64,000 nt of DNA from Alistipes sp. (GTDB taxonomy: Bacteria > Bacteroidota > Bacteroidia > Bacteroidales > Rikenellaceae). The notes under the pieces are model-generated. The model was not told the DNA's origin. It did not search any database and saw nothing but the letters and a program-made list of their open reading frames with translations. The stretch covers positions 2,553-66,552 of the forward strand of contig JAZOMA010000012.1 of the NCBI GenBank assembly GCA_045653565.1, read 5' to 3'. Below, one piece after another: positions 1-8,846 of the stretch. A program made the position numbers and the translations under genes. Every line of letters begins with the position of its first letter. Position 1 is the stretch's first letter.

Positions 1-478
1 CCTCCGATATGAAATTTGGATAGAGGAAATATCCCGCTGCCGCCAACGCTATGACAATGCAGACAGATACTATACTATAAATAAAATAGTTGGTGCGAGG
101 TTTGGTGTTGACAACTCCCACTCCATCGGGGTTTGCCATACTCTCGAAGTTGCTGTCGACGGTGACGGTGTTGTTTGTGATGCTGCACACGCCGCCAATG
201 GTTAGAGTTCCGTCGTGGAGCGACTGCGAGTGCCATTCGGCGTAGATGTCCGATGCACGCTCCTCACTCACGTCTGCAACCTTTGCAATAAGTGTGGTTA
301 TGTCCACACCTCGCTCCTCCGATGTGAGTCGCAACTCGTTGTAAGGTGCTTGCAATCGTTTTGCCGAGAGTTGCTTGGCTGCGTGACGATAGAGAATGAG
401 TGTGCCAATGTTTGGCAGATAGACCTCTCGCTCGTTGAGAATCGAGTTGGCTATAAGGTTGTCAATTTGCTGTTTCAT
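1..478 (-). CDS. Partial CDS running off the window start; HU/CCDC81-like N-terminal domain plus TM helix (SPOR-protein-like architecture)
   Basis: Not in the ORF track. Hand translation from ATG 478 (TAATG overlap with the lgt stop) gives MKQQIDNLIANSILNEREVYLPNIGTL...YFIYSIVSVCIVIALAAAGYFLYP, open to base 1. Confidence 0.7.
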   Translation of the reverse strand, partial: MKQQIDNLIANSILNEREVYLPNIGTLILYRHAAKQLSAKRLQAPYNELRLTSEERGVDITTLIAKVADVSEERASDIYAEWHSQSLHDGTLTIGGVCSITNNTVTVDSNFESMANPDGVGVVNTKPRTNYFIYSIVSVCIVIALAAAGYFLYPNFISE

Positions 479-1356
479 TACTTTTTGAAATGTCTTTTGT
501 TTTTAGTCGTTTTTGCGCTTGGTGCGCTTGGTTCTATTGCGGGTTGCTCCTTGTGGCGAAACCACGCCCAGAGCATAAACGCTATGCCGGCAACCACGAA
601 AGGAATTGACAAAATCTGTCCCATATTTAATGCCATACCCTCCTCGAATGCCTCTTGGTTGTTTTTGACAAACTCGATGAAGAAACGCGAGAGGAATATG
701 CCGACCATTGCTGCGCCGAATATAAAACCTTCACGTTTTGCCACCTTGGTATAGCGATAGAGGATAAACAAGACGGCAAAACATACGATGTAGCACGCCG
801 CTTCGTAGAGTTGTGTCGGGTGACACGACGGAACCAGTTCTATCGGCGTGTTTGGGTGGCGCAATACAAACTTAAAGCCCCATGGCAGTGATGTTGCGTG
901 GCCGTAAATCTCGGAGTTGAACAGGTTGCCAAAGCGAATCATCGCGCCACTGAGTGGTGCAATGATGCCCAATCGGTCTGCTGTCCATAGTACTGAAACG
1001 TTGTTCTTGCGCGATGACAACCAGATGCCGCAGACGATACCTATGGCTGCGCCGTGGCTGGCAAGACCTCCATCGCGAATGCCGGTTATAATCTCTAACG
1101 GATGTGTTAGAAAGTGTACGGGGTCGTAGAATAGACAATGCCCCACTCTTGCACCTATAATCGTGCCGAGGGCGATGTACATAAATGCGGTGTCCGAGAC
1201 AGTTTCGGGCTTACCCTCGCGTTTGCAGAAGTAGGAGAAAAGCCATCCTCCAAACAATAGAGCAGCAACCCACGTAAGAGAATACCAGCGAATTTCGAAG
1301 TCGCCGATAGAGAATATTGCGGGATTAAAATCCCAAACAACCGTCAATAGATTCAT
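478..1356 (-). CDS. lgt: Prolipoprotein diacylglyceryl transferase
   Basis: IRWYS, IGARVGH, GGLASHG, IRFGNLFNSEIYG, HPTQLYE and RFFIEF motifs. Confidence 0.97.
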   Translation of the reverse strand: MNLLTVVWDFNPAIFSIGDFEIRWYSLTWVAALLFGGWLFSYFCKREGKPETVSDTAFMYIALGTIIGARVGHCLFYDPVHFLTHPLEIITGIRDGGLASHGAAIGIVCGIWLSSRKNNVSVLWTADRLGIIAPLSGAMIRFGNLFNSEIYGHATSLPWGFKFVLRHPNTPIELVPSCHPTQLYEAACYIVCFAVLFILYRYTKVAKREGFIFGAAMVGIFLSRFFIEFVKNNQEAFEEGMALNMGQILSIPFVVAGIAFMLWAWFRHKEQPAIEPSAPSAKTTKNKRHFKK

Positions 1357-2402
1357 TACAATTCAACCTTTTTAAGTGTGAAGGTAAAGGTGGAGCCTAC
1401 GCCCAATTCGCTACGTACCGATACTCGCTCGCCGTGACCTTCGATGATGTGCTTAACGATAGCCAAACCAAGACCTGTGCCGCCCTGCTCGCGCGAACGA
1501 CCAGTGTCGGTACGGTAGAAACGCTCGAATACACGTGGTACGTCGCCTCGGGCGATACCAATGCCATCGTCCTCCACCTCAATCAAAATCTTATCGAGCA
1601 TATCGCGGAAATCGAGTTTGGTGTGACCACCCTCCTTGCCGTAGCGGATAGAGTTCATAATTAGGTTTTCGAGTACCTGTCCGATATAGAACTTGTCAGC
1701 CGAAACCCAGAAGCGTGATGGGAGATTTTGCGAGAACTTCACATTGATGGAGATATTCTTTTTTGCCGCCTCCATCTCGCACTGATCGGCAATCTCCTTT
1801 GCGAGTGCTACGATGTCGAATGTCTCCGACTTCATCATCTCCATATCGTTCTCGAGCGAGGATATGGTGTCGAGGTCGCGGATGATGTTAATCATACGGT
1901 TGACGCTCTTTTCTGCTCGTTCGAGGTATTTGCGGTTGATGATCTCGTCGTCGATACCTCCGTCGAGAAGCGTAGAGATATAGCCCTGAATATTGAAAAT
2001 AGGGGTTTTGAGTTCGTGAGCCACGTTGCCGAGGTACTGTTTGCGGAACTTCTCTACATCCTTCAAACGAGCAATCTCTTTGTCGTTGTCCTCTGCCCAC
2101 GACGATAACTCTTGCGAGATATTCTCAACGCGCTTATCCTTCAACTCGTCGAGCAACTCGGCGGTGTGAACGTCGCGCGAGAATACGGTCGAATAGATTG
2201 GGCGCAACTTGTAGGCAACATACTTGGTCATAATCAGCAATGCAAAAAGCGATACGCCAACAAATGTTCCGAGGGTTGCAACTACTACCACCCACCAATG
2301 CTCCTCGAGGTTGAGAGTTAGCAATGTAACAACCATTGCACACACTCCCGCCACTGCTCCGATGAGCCACGAGCCAGCCTCTTTTGTCTTAATTCTCAAC
2401 AT
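1356..2402 (-). CDS. Sensor histidine kinase (PhoR-like)
   Basis: Two N-terminal TM helices, H-box VAHELKTP, N-box ENLIMNSIRY, G1 DDGIGI, G2 GGTGLGLAIV. Confidence 0.93.
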   Translation of the reverse strand: MLRIKTKEAGSWLIGAVAGVCAMVVTLLTLNLEEHWWVVVVATLGTFVGVSLFALLIMTKYVAYKLRPIYSTVFSRDVHTAELLDELKDKRVENISQELSSWAEDNDKEIARLKDVEKFRKQYLGNVAHELKTPIFNIQGYISTLLDGGIDDEIINRKYLERAEKSVNRMINIIRDLDTISSLENDMEMMKSETFDIVALAKEIADQCEMEAAKKNISINVKFSQNLPSRFWVSADKFYIGQVLENLIMNSIRYGKEGGHTKLDFRDMLDKILIEVEDDGIGIARGDVPRVFERFYRTDTGRSREQGGTGLGLAIVKHIIEGHGERVSVRSELGVGSTFTFTLKKVEL

Positions 2403-2443
2403 ATTATAAAGTTTTATGGTTTTATTCGTTGCTTATATTTATG

Positions 2444-2451
2444 CAAATATA
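2444..2451 (-). promoter_or_regulatory. Bacteroidota -7 promoter box (TATATTTG) for the kinase-lgt operon
   Basis: Matches TAnnTTTG, about 40 nt upstream of the kinase ATG. Confidence 0.65.
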
Positions 2452-2457
2452 AGAAAA

Positions 2458-2490
2458 AAAACGGAAAACGGAAAACGGAAAACGGAAAAC
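2458..2490. repeat. (AAAACGG)n heptamer array
   Basis: Four tandem units. Related arrays at 4650-4679, 21216-21248 and 51789-51810. Confidence 0.9.
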
Positions 2491-2518
2491 TTTTAGCATT
2501 TGGCTTAATTGAGTGATT

Positions 2519-2660
2519 GTAGGAGTCGCCGACAAGTCGGCTCGATAGGACACGGCTACACCTGAATAGGATTTTTATTTTGTCCGATCAAGCAGTCAAA
2601 GACTGCGAATCCTACTCTATCCTATTAAATCCTATCAAGCACCGCAGGTGCGACTCCTAT
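2519..2660. repeat. Cluster of three REP-like palindromes (GTAGGA.TCGC-hairpin-GCTTGATAGGA)
   Basis: Copies at 2519-2550 (+), 2583-2615 (-) and 2630-2660 (-), with constant flanks and different internal hairpins. Confidence 0.7.
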
Positions 2661-2661
2661 C

Positions 2662-2693
2662 AAAAAAACTCCGCAGATTTTTTTTCTGCGGAG
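2662..2693 (-). terminator. Intrinsic terminator after the LRR gene
   Basis: CTCCGCAGA/TCTGCGGAG stem followed by T7 on the minus strand. Confidence 0.75.
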
Positions 2694-2825
2694 GGTACTA
2701 TCAAAAGTTTTCCGTTGTGCGGACTCCGAGCGTAGTCATGGCGCAACATATTTAAGGGTAATTAAGGGCTAGTAACGGCTAGTAAAGAATGCGCTAAAAG
2801 TTTTTAATTACTCACTACTCACTAA

Positions 2826-4556
2826 TTAAAAGTCATACCCAACAATATCCGAAGCATACTCGCTCCAATACTCTGCCGATTTATACGCACTCACCGAATT
2901 GCGAGGCACATAAATCTTTCTGCCCGAAGCGTTACCGGTGAAAGAAGAACTTACCGTTGGCGGTGTAGTCGGCTTGCAATAGACATCTTTCAGCGAGGTG
3001 CAATTAAAGAATGCCCACGCTCCAATCGAAGTAACGCTATCAGGAATTGTAATGCTTGTCAGCGAGGTGCAACCATCAAATGCATAATCTCCAATCGAAG
3101 TAACGCTATCAGGAATGTTGACACTTGTCAAACTACTGCAATTACGGAATACCCCCTCTTCAATCTCAGTAATGCTATCAGGAATTGTAATGCTTGTCAG
3201 CGAGGTGCAACCAGAGAATGCATAATCTCCAATCGAAGTAACGCTATCGGGGATGATGATACTTGTCAGCGAGGTGCAACCATCAAATGCATTATCTCCA
3301 ATCGAAGTAACGCTATCAGGAATTGTAACACTTGTCAGCGAGGAGGAATAAGCGAATGCCCACTCTCCAATCGAAGTAACGCTATCGCCAATAGTTAATT
3401 TTGTGAATTTACCGCCATATAATCCTAAACAATTACAATTACAGTTAAACACCAATTCTCCGGTACAATCACGGAATGCAGAACCTCCAATCTCAGTAAC
3501 GCTATTTGGAATTGTGATACTTGTCAGCGAGGTGCAGCCATCAAATGCATAATCTCCAATCTCAGTAACGCTATCAGGAATCGTAATACTTGTCAGCGAG
3601 GTGCAACCAGAGAACACTCTTTCTTCAATCTCAGTAACGCTATCAGGGATTATTATACTTGTCAGCGAGGTGCAATCACGGAATGCAGAACCTCCAATCG
3701 AAGTAACGCTATCAGGAATTGTAACACTTGTCAGCGAAAAACAATTGTAGAATGCAGAATCTCCAATCGAAGTAACGCTATTTGGAATTGTAACACTTGT
3801 CAGCGAGGAGCAATAATAAAATGCATAATTTCCAATCGAAGTAACGCTATTAGGAATAGTTACACTTGTAAGCGAGGAGCAACTAGAGAATGCACCATTT
3901 ACAATCGAAGTAACGCTATTGCCAATTGTTACACTTGTCAGCGAGGAGCAACCAGAGAATGTAGCATTTCCAATCGAAGTAACGCTATCGGGAATTGTAA
4001 CACTTGTTAGTGAGGTGCAATAATAGAATGCAGAATCTCCAATCGAAGTAACGCTATCTGGAATTGTTACACTTGCCAAACTGTGGCATTCATGGAATGC
4101 ATCATTTCCAATCCAAGTAACGCTATCAGGAATTGTGATACTTGTTAATGTGTAGCAACGACAGAATGCGTTGTCGGCGATCTTTTCGAGAGAGGTAAAG
4201 TACTTCAACTCGGTAAATGCAAAAATCGAAGAGTCTTTGAATGCGGTGCCAAGGTCGGTAACGGCTGCTGCCTCCTCGTACGACAACTCGCTATCTTCGT
4301 TCTCGTCCCAATGGAGCGTACAGAGGAGTTTGGTGTTCTCGTCTTGGAACTTGATAGCCTGCGTCTTGTCGGCAGGAATATCCTCTCCACCTTGGTCGCC
4401 ACCGCCCGGATTGTCAGGGTTATCCTCGCCACCTTGGTTGCCACCGCCCGGTTGTTCGGTGTTGTTGCCGTTGTTCTCGTCATCGAGTCCGCCACCCGGC
4501 GTACAAGCGGTGAAAATCATTCCTACCGCTGCCAATAAAAGTAAAAGTTTTTTCAT
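2826..4556 (-). CDS. BspA-like (LRR_5/TpLRR) surface lipoprotein
   Basis: Start MKKLLLLLAAVGMIFTAC (lipobox) at 4556; Gly/Asn/Pro linker; 16 canonical 23-aa repeats LTSVTIPDSVTSIGxxAFxxCTS; cap IYVPxxSVxAYKxAxxW. Confidence 0.93.
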   Translation of the reverse strand: MKKLLLLLAAVGMIFTACTPGGGLDDENNGNNTEQPGGGNQGGEDNPDNPGGGDQGGEDIPADKTQAIKFQDENTKLLCTLHWDENEDSELSYEEAAAVTDLGTAFKDSSIFAFTELKYFTSLEKIADNAFCRCYTLTSITIPDSVTWIGNDAFHECHSLASVTIPDSVTSIGDSAFYYCTSLTSVTIPDSVTSIGNATFSGCSSLTSVTIGNSVTSIVNGAFSSCSSLTSVTIPNSVTSIGNYAFYYCSSLTSVTIPNSVTSIGDSAFYNCFSLTSVTIPDSVTSIGGSAFRDCTSLTSIIIPDSVTEIEERVFSGCTSLTSITIPDSVTEIGDYAFDGCTSLTSITIPNSVTEIGGSAFRDCTGELVFNCNCNCLGLYGGKFTKLTIGDSVTSIGEWAFAYSSSLTSVTIPDSVTSIGDNAFDGCTSLTSIIIPDSVTSIGDYAFSGCTSLTSITIPDSITEIEEGVFRNCSSLTSVNIPDSVTSIGDYAFDGCTSLTSITIPDSVTSIGAWAFFNCTSLKDVYCKPTTPPTVSSSFTGNASGRKIYVPRNSVSAYKSAEYWSEYASDIVGYDF

Positions 4557-4708
4557 AGTATTTATTATTTTGTTACTTGCTCGATGAATAACTACCACAA
4601 ATATAGCAACTTATTCCGAAAGTCGCAAAAGTTTAAGCGGTTTTATAAAGTTTTCCGTTTTCCGTTTTCCGTTTTTCAGTTTATTTTGCTATTTTTGCAA
4701 AATGTATT

Positions 4709-4780
4709 GGCCCCGTAGTTCAATGGATAGAATTTAAGATTCCGGTTCTTACGATAGCGGTTCGAATCCGCTCGGGGTCA
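4709..4780 (+). tRNA. tRNA-Arg(CCG)
   Basis: Cloverleaf GGCCCCG...CGGGGTCA, anticodon loop TTCCGGT, T-loop GGTTCGAATCC. Confidence 0.95.
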
Positions 4781-4840
4781 CTTACGAACTGAAAACTAAA
4801 ATAGCTAATGGCTAATGGCCAATGGCTAACAGCTAAATAT

Positions 4841-5839
4841 ATGGAGAGAAAAATTGAGAGCGACAGCGAGTTCGAAGGCAGGATTCGTCCGCAGGAGTTG
4901 GCGAGTTTCTCGGGTCAGGATAAGATTGTCGAGAATCTGCGCGTATTCATCAAAGCGGCGTTGATGCGTGGCGACTCGCTCGACCATACCCTACTGCACG
5001 GTCCTCCGGGACTTGGTAAGACCACGTTGGCGAACATCATTGCCAACGAGATGGGCGCGCAACTGAAGGTTACGTCGGGTCCGGTGTTGGATAAGCCGGG
5101 AGACTTGGCCGGTCTTTTGACCAATCTCGCACCTGGCGATGTGCTGTTTATTGATGAGATTCATCGTTTGAGCCCAGTTGTCGAGGAGTATCTCTACTCG
5201 GCTATGGAGGATTTCAAGATTGATATCGTGTTGGATAAAGGTCCGTCGGCACGTTCAATTCAGATAGAACTTGCGCCGTTTACCCTCGTTGGAGCAACCA
5301 CCCGAAGCGGTCTTTTGACCTCGCCTTTGCGCGCCCGATTTGGTATTCAATGCCACCTCGAGTACTACGATGCAAAGGTGTTGAGCCAAATAGTGAAGCG
5401 TTCGGCTTCGATTTTGGGCGTATCGATAGACGATGATGCTGCGCTCGAAATTGCTCTGCGTTCGCGTGGCACACCACGTATTGTGAACTCGTTGTTGCGT
5501 CGTGTGCGCGACTTTGCAATGGTTAAGGGCGAGGGATGCATCGACCTGCCTATTACCCGTATGGCTTTGGAGGCGTTGAATATCGATTCGCGAGGACTCG
5601 ATAGAATGGATAATAAGATTCTATCGACCATTATTGCCAAATTCAATGGTGGTCCTGTTGGTTTGAATACCATTGCTACGGCTGTAAGCGAGGATGCCGG
5701 CACGGTCGAGGAGGTTTACGAGCCATTCCTTATCAAAGAGGGCTTCCTCAAGCGTACTCCGCGAGGTCGTGAGGCTACCGAGTTGGCATACAAACATTTG
5801 GGTTTGACGATTCCGGAGCGTGATGGCGAATTGTTTTAA
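4841..5839 (+). CDS. ruvB: Holliday junction branch migration helicase RuvB
   Basis: [41 protein letters not shown]. Start placed at MERKIES. Confidence 0.98.
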   Translation: MERKIESDSEFEGRIRPQELASFSGQDKIVENLRVFIKAALMRGDSLDHTLLHGPPGLGKTTLANIIANEMGAQLKVTSGPVLDKPGDLAGLLTNLAPGDVLFIDEIHRLSPVVEEYLYSAMEDFKIDIVLDKGPSARSIQIELAPFTLVGATTRSGLLTSPLRARFGIQCHLEYYDAKVLSQIVKRSASILGVSIDDDAALEIALRSRGTPRIVNSLLRRVRDFAMVKGEGCIDLPITRMALEALNIDSRGLDRMDNKILSTIIAKFNGGPVGLNTIATAVSEDAGTVEEVYEPFLIKEGFLKRTPRGREATELAYKHLGLTIPERDGELF

Positions 5840-5857
5840 GCAGAATCGAGTTTGAAG

Positions 5858-6520
5858 ATGAAACTGAAAGGGCTTTTGTTTGATATGGATGGTACGCTGG
5901 TTGATAATCTGGCGTATCACTTTTTGGCATTCGACGAGTATGCAAAGCGCGAAGGCTTTACTTTGTTGGAGCCTGTGTCGCTGAAAATCAACGGAATGCA
6001 TAGCAACGATATCTTTCCATTATTGCTTGGCGACGAGGTGGTTGCAAAGTATGGTCTGGATAGGCTGAATCGTGAGAAAGAAGAGGTTTATCGCGATATG
6101 TATCGCCCGAAGATTGCGGCCATTGAGGGACTTATGGAGTTGTTGAAAGAGGCTAAAAAAGCGGGCGTAAAGTGTGCTATTGGCTCGTCGGGCTGTCGTG
6201 AGAATGTTGAGATGATTGTCGAGGGCTTGGGTATAGCCGATTTGATTGACGGCTCGATAAGTGGCAGTGATGTTACACACGGAAAACCGCACCCCGAAAT
6301 TTTCACGAAGGCGCACGAGTTGCTCGGCTTGAAGGCCGAGGAGTGCGTGGTTGTTGAAGATGCTGTAAATGGTGTTGTGGCAGGCTTGGCTGCAGGTTGT
6401 AAGTGTATTGCTGTGACGACTACTGCAACGGAGGAGATGCTGATGGATGCGGGTGCTTCGATGTGTTTTGCTGACTACACTACGGTTACGATTAAGGATA
6501 TAAACGACTTGTTGAAATAA
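5858..6520 (+). CDS. HAD family phosphatase (beta-phosphoglucomutase-like)
   Basis: FDMDGTL, GKPHPEIF and VVEDA motifs. Confidence 0.92.
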   Translation: MKLKGLLFDMDGTLVDNLAYHFLAFDEYAKREGFTLLEPVSLKINGMHSNDIFPLLLGDEVVAKYGLDRLNREKEEVYRDMYRPKIAAIEGLMELLKEAKKAGVKCAIGSSGCRENVEMIVEGLGIADLIDGSISGSDVTHGKPHPEIFTKAHELLGLKAEECVVVEDAVNGVVAGLAAGCKCIAVTTTATEEMLMDAGASMCFADYTTVTIKDINDLLK

Positions 6521-6537
6521 TCGATGCTAAATATCAC

Positions 6538-6569
6538 AAAAAGAGAGGGTTGCTGCCCTCTCTTTTTTT
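6538..6569. terminator. Bidirectional intrinsic terminator
   Basis: AAAAAGAGAGGG/CCCTCTCTTTTT between convergent genes. Confidence 0.85.
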
Positions 6570-6570
6570 G

Positions 6571-7929
6571 TTAGAAGCTATATTTTGCCAGTACATTTAT
6601 GCGGTTGGCGTGAGCCTTTGCTCCATCCACATTTTTGCGACTTGCGTATAGGTACTCGGCACCGAGAACGAAGCGTTTGGTCAAATTCCAGAACACATTT
6701 CCGAATATATATTGTCCCTGTTTATACATATCCTCGCTGTAGAATCCATTCTTCTTGCACACTCGAGCCGTCGAGTAACCTCCCGAAACAAACAGGTTTG
6801 GAAGAATGTTTACCTGAGCAGCTACCTGCCACGCATACATCGGAGTCGCCTGCACTCGAGTAGCATCGTCGGGACGAGGAGTGAAGTCGAGCCCAGAGCC
6901 CATCAGGTCGTTGATGTAACGAGTGATGCCTTGTCCGTAGATACCATTCATAAACAACTCTAAATATTTGGTAATGTGAATGTTGCCACTGAGTTGAATA
7001 CCCCAACCAAAAAGATCGTCCTCGCTCGAACGCGCTTTGTTGTAGAGGTACATATCGCGAAATACGGCGGATGCGCGGAGGTGGCTGTCGCGATTCTTAC
7101 CCCACGAATATTGAAAGTAGATCGGGAAGTCGGGAACGCGCTGCGGAATGGCCATCAATGTCTCGCCATAGGTGCCCGATACGCTCGGCATCTCGGCTGC
7201 CACACCGGCCTTGAGGTGATTATCGAGGAACGAATATTCGTAGCGAATCATCGTTGCAAAGCGGAAATTGTAGGCATTAGGGCCTTGGAAATCGATTGTC
7301 GTAGGGGCTGCAGTAAGGTCGCAGAAGGTGGACACGTCACGACCAACGGTCAAACCGAGCATCGATACATATCCCGAACGGATACGTGGAATGTAGCTAC
7401 CTGCCGTGCCTCCTCTAAAGTCGAAGTCCATAAATACGTGAACCTGACCGAGTTTCTTGGTATTGGCAATACCTCGAATGAATAGGCGTGAGGTGCTTGC
7501 ATCGAGTCGCATCTCCTGCTCGTTGGCTGGCGAGTACGTCATCGGTATGTCGTATGGCACAACGTCTATATTGTTTATGGTACGGTCGAACGAATAGGCT
7601 GCGCGTAACGCAATCTCGCCACCAATCGAAAATGAGAACACGTTGTTCTTGTCTGCGAAAATAGCGGATGGCATAGCAGCCTGCTGGAAACCGTCGCGAG
7701 TTGCATTTTTGTGATCGTTGATGGCAGCCTTGACGGCGGCATTTTTCATTGTAATCGATTGCTGAGCGCACTCTTGCGTAGGGCATTTGAGTGTGTCGGT
7801 TTCGCTTACCGAGATGATGTAGACGGTTGGCTCGGCATTGCCGTGATAGAATCGCTCAATGCGATGCTTTTGCGCCGTGGCGGATATTGTAGCCGCCAAC
7901 GCTCCAATAAATAGTAAAACTTTTTTCAT
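6571..7929 (-). CDS. Outer membrane porin, DcaP-like
   Basis: Signal peptide, DASTSRL, PTTIDFQGPN, amphipathic strands, C-terminal KYSF. Confidence 0.8.
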   Translation of the reverse strand: MKKVLLFIGALAATISATAQKHRIERFYHGNAEPTVYIISVSETDTLKCPTQECAQQSITMKNAAVKAAINDHKNATRDGFQQAAMPSAIFADKNNVFSFSIGGEIALRAAYSFDRTINNIDVVPYDIPMTYSPANEQEMRLDASTSRLFIRGIANTKKLGQVHVFMDFDFRGGTAGSYIPRIRSGYVSMLGLTVGRDVSTFCDLTAAPTTIDFQGPNAYNFRFATMIRYEYSFLDNHLKAGVAAEMPSVSGTYGETLMAIPQRVPDFPIYFQYSWGKNRDSHLRASAVFRDMYLYNKARSSEDDLFGWGIQLSGNIHITKYLELFMNGIYGQGITRYINDLMGSGLDFTPRPDDATRVQATPMYAWQVAAQVNILPNLFVSGGYSTARVCKKNGFYSEDMYKQGQYIFGNVFWNLTKRFVLGAEYLYASRKNVDGAKAHANRINVLAKYSF

Positions 7930-7978
7930 AGCACTTGTGTTTTAAGTTACGCTCTCAACGGGTGCAAACCTTGTGCCA

Positions 7979-8728
7979 CTACTTCAAATCCTCCTCCAAT
8001 TCTACCTCCTTTTCAATTCCGTCGCGCCAATGCAGTGCTGCGTGCGAGCCGTCGCAGTAAGGCTTATTCGTGGACTCACCGCAACGGCATAAAACAGAGC
8101 GGTTTCGTATCTCGTAAGCCTTTCCATTTTCGCGCTCTATGACTATTCCGCCACGCACCCACAATCCCCCACTCACGTGCAGGGCGTCATCCTCAATTAG
8201 TCCCAGGCTTTTGGGATATGGTCGCTCGAATGGAAGGTCTGAGTCGTTGCCCCAAATCATCAAACGGCTACTTGGGCAAAGCGATGCTTGGCGTACGGCT
8301 TGTCGGTGCGAGGTGTCGTCAAAAGATGTTTCGGTGGCTGCCCATACGCCTATGCCTGCGTCGCAGAAGCGGGCAAATACGCAGTATTTGGGGTTGTCTG
8401 TGAGCGTTAGGCGTTCACCCGAGGTTATCTCAATGTCGCTCAAAATCGTCTCGTGACTCGCGGTAATCTTCGATTTCCAGTGGTGTGTAGTGTGTGTGCC
8501 ATCGCAGTAGGGTTTTGTTTTTGATGCTCCGCAACGGCATAGTCGCGTCGGCTCTTCGTTGGTCGAAAACTCTCTACCTTGTTCAAACTTCCAACTCTCG
8601 CCCACCTGATTCGGTACGATGTGTTGCGTCGCTAATGGAGGTTTGCCGTAAACGAGGTATGGTCCCTTGTCGGTCACAACAATCTTGTGCTCTGCGCAGG
8701 AAGCACTCTCTACTTTTTGTTTTGCCAT
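7979..8728 (-). CDS. CDGSH iron-sulfur domain protein (two CDGSH motifs around a ferredoxin-like segment)
   Basis: LCRCGASKTKPYCDGTH and LCRCGESTNKPYCDGSH; central CVFARFC...CPS. Confidence 0.92.
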   Translation of the reverse strand: MAKQKVESASCAEHKIVVTDKGPYLVYGKPPLATQHIVPNQVGESWKFEQGREFSTNEEPTRLCRCGASKTKPYCDGTHTTHHWKSKITASHETILSDIEITSGERLTLTDNPKYCVFARFCDAGIGVWAATETSFDDTSHRQAVRQASLCPSSRLMIWGNDSDLPFERPYPKSLGLIEDDALHVSGGLWVRGGIVIERENGKAYEIRNRSVLCRCGESTNKPYCDGSHAALHWRDGIEKEVELEEDLK

Positions 8729-8846
8729 AGCAATAAAGGTTTATCTGTTTCGTTATAGGTGTGGCAATAATTATTCCCAAATTCGTGGATGTTACTATGA
8801 AATTGCCAACTTTTTTGTATATTTGCCGATTGAAAACATTTTGAAT

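Noticed and set aside
2992-4150. CRISPR-like array of 69-bp repeats
   Set aside because: The repeats are contiguous, in-frame LRR codons without unique spacers, and there are no cas genes.
2458-4679. Inverted AAAACGG/TTTTCCG arrays as transposon ends or inversion sites around the LRR gene
   Set aside because: Each array is accounted for by its position at an outward-facing promoter, the same array occurs unpaired at guaB, and no recombinase is present. An inversion cannot be fully excluded without reads.
4808-4840. N-terminal extensions of RuvB, PurE and PurD in the ORF track
   Set aside because: They arise from starts within or upstream of the AATGGC repeats (MANGQWL-type translations). 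The family N-termini begin at 4841, 22531 and 31060.
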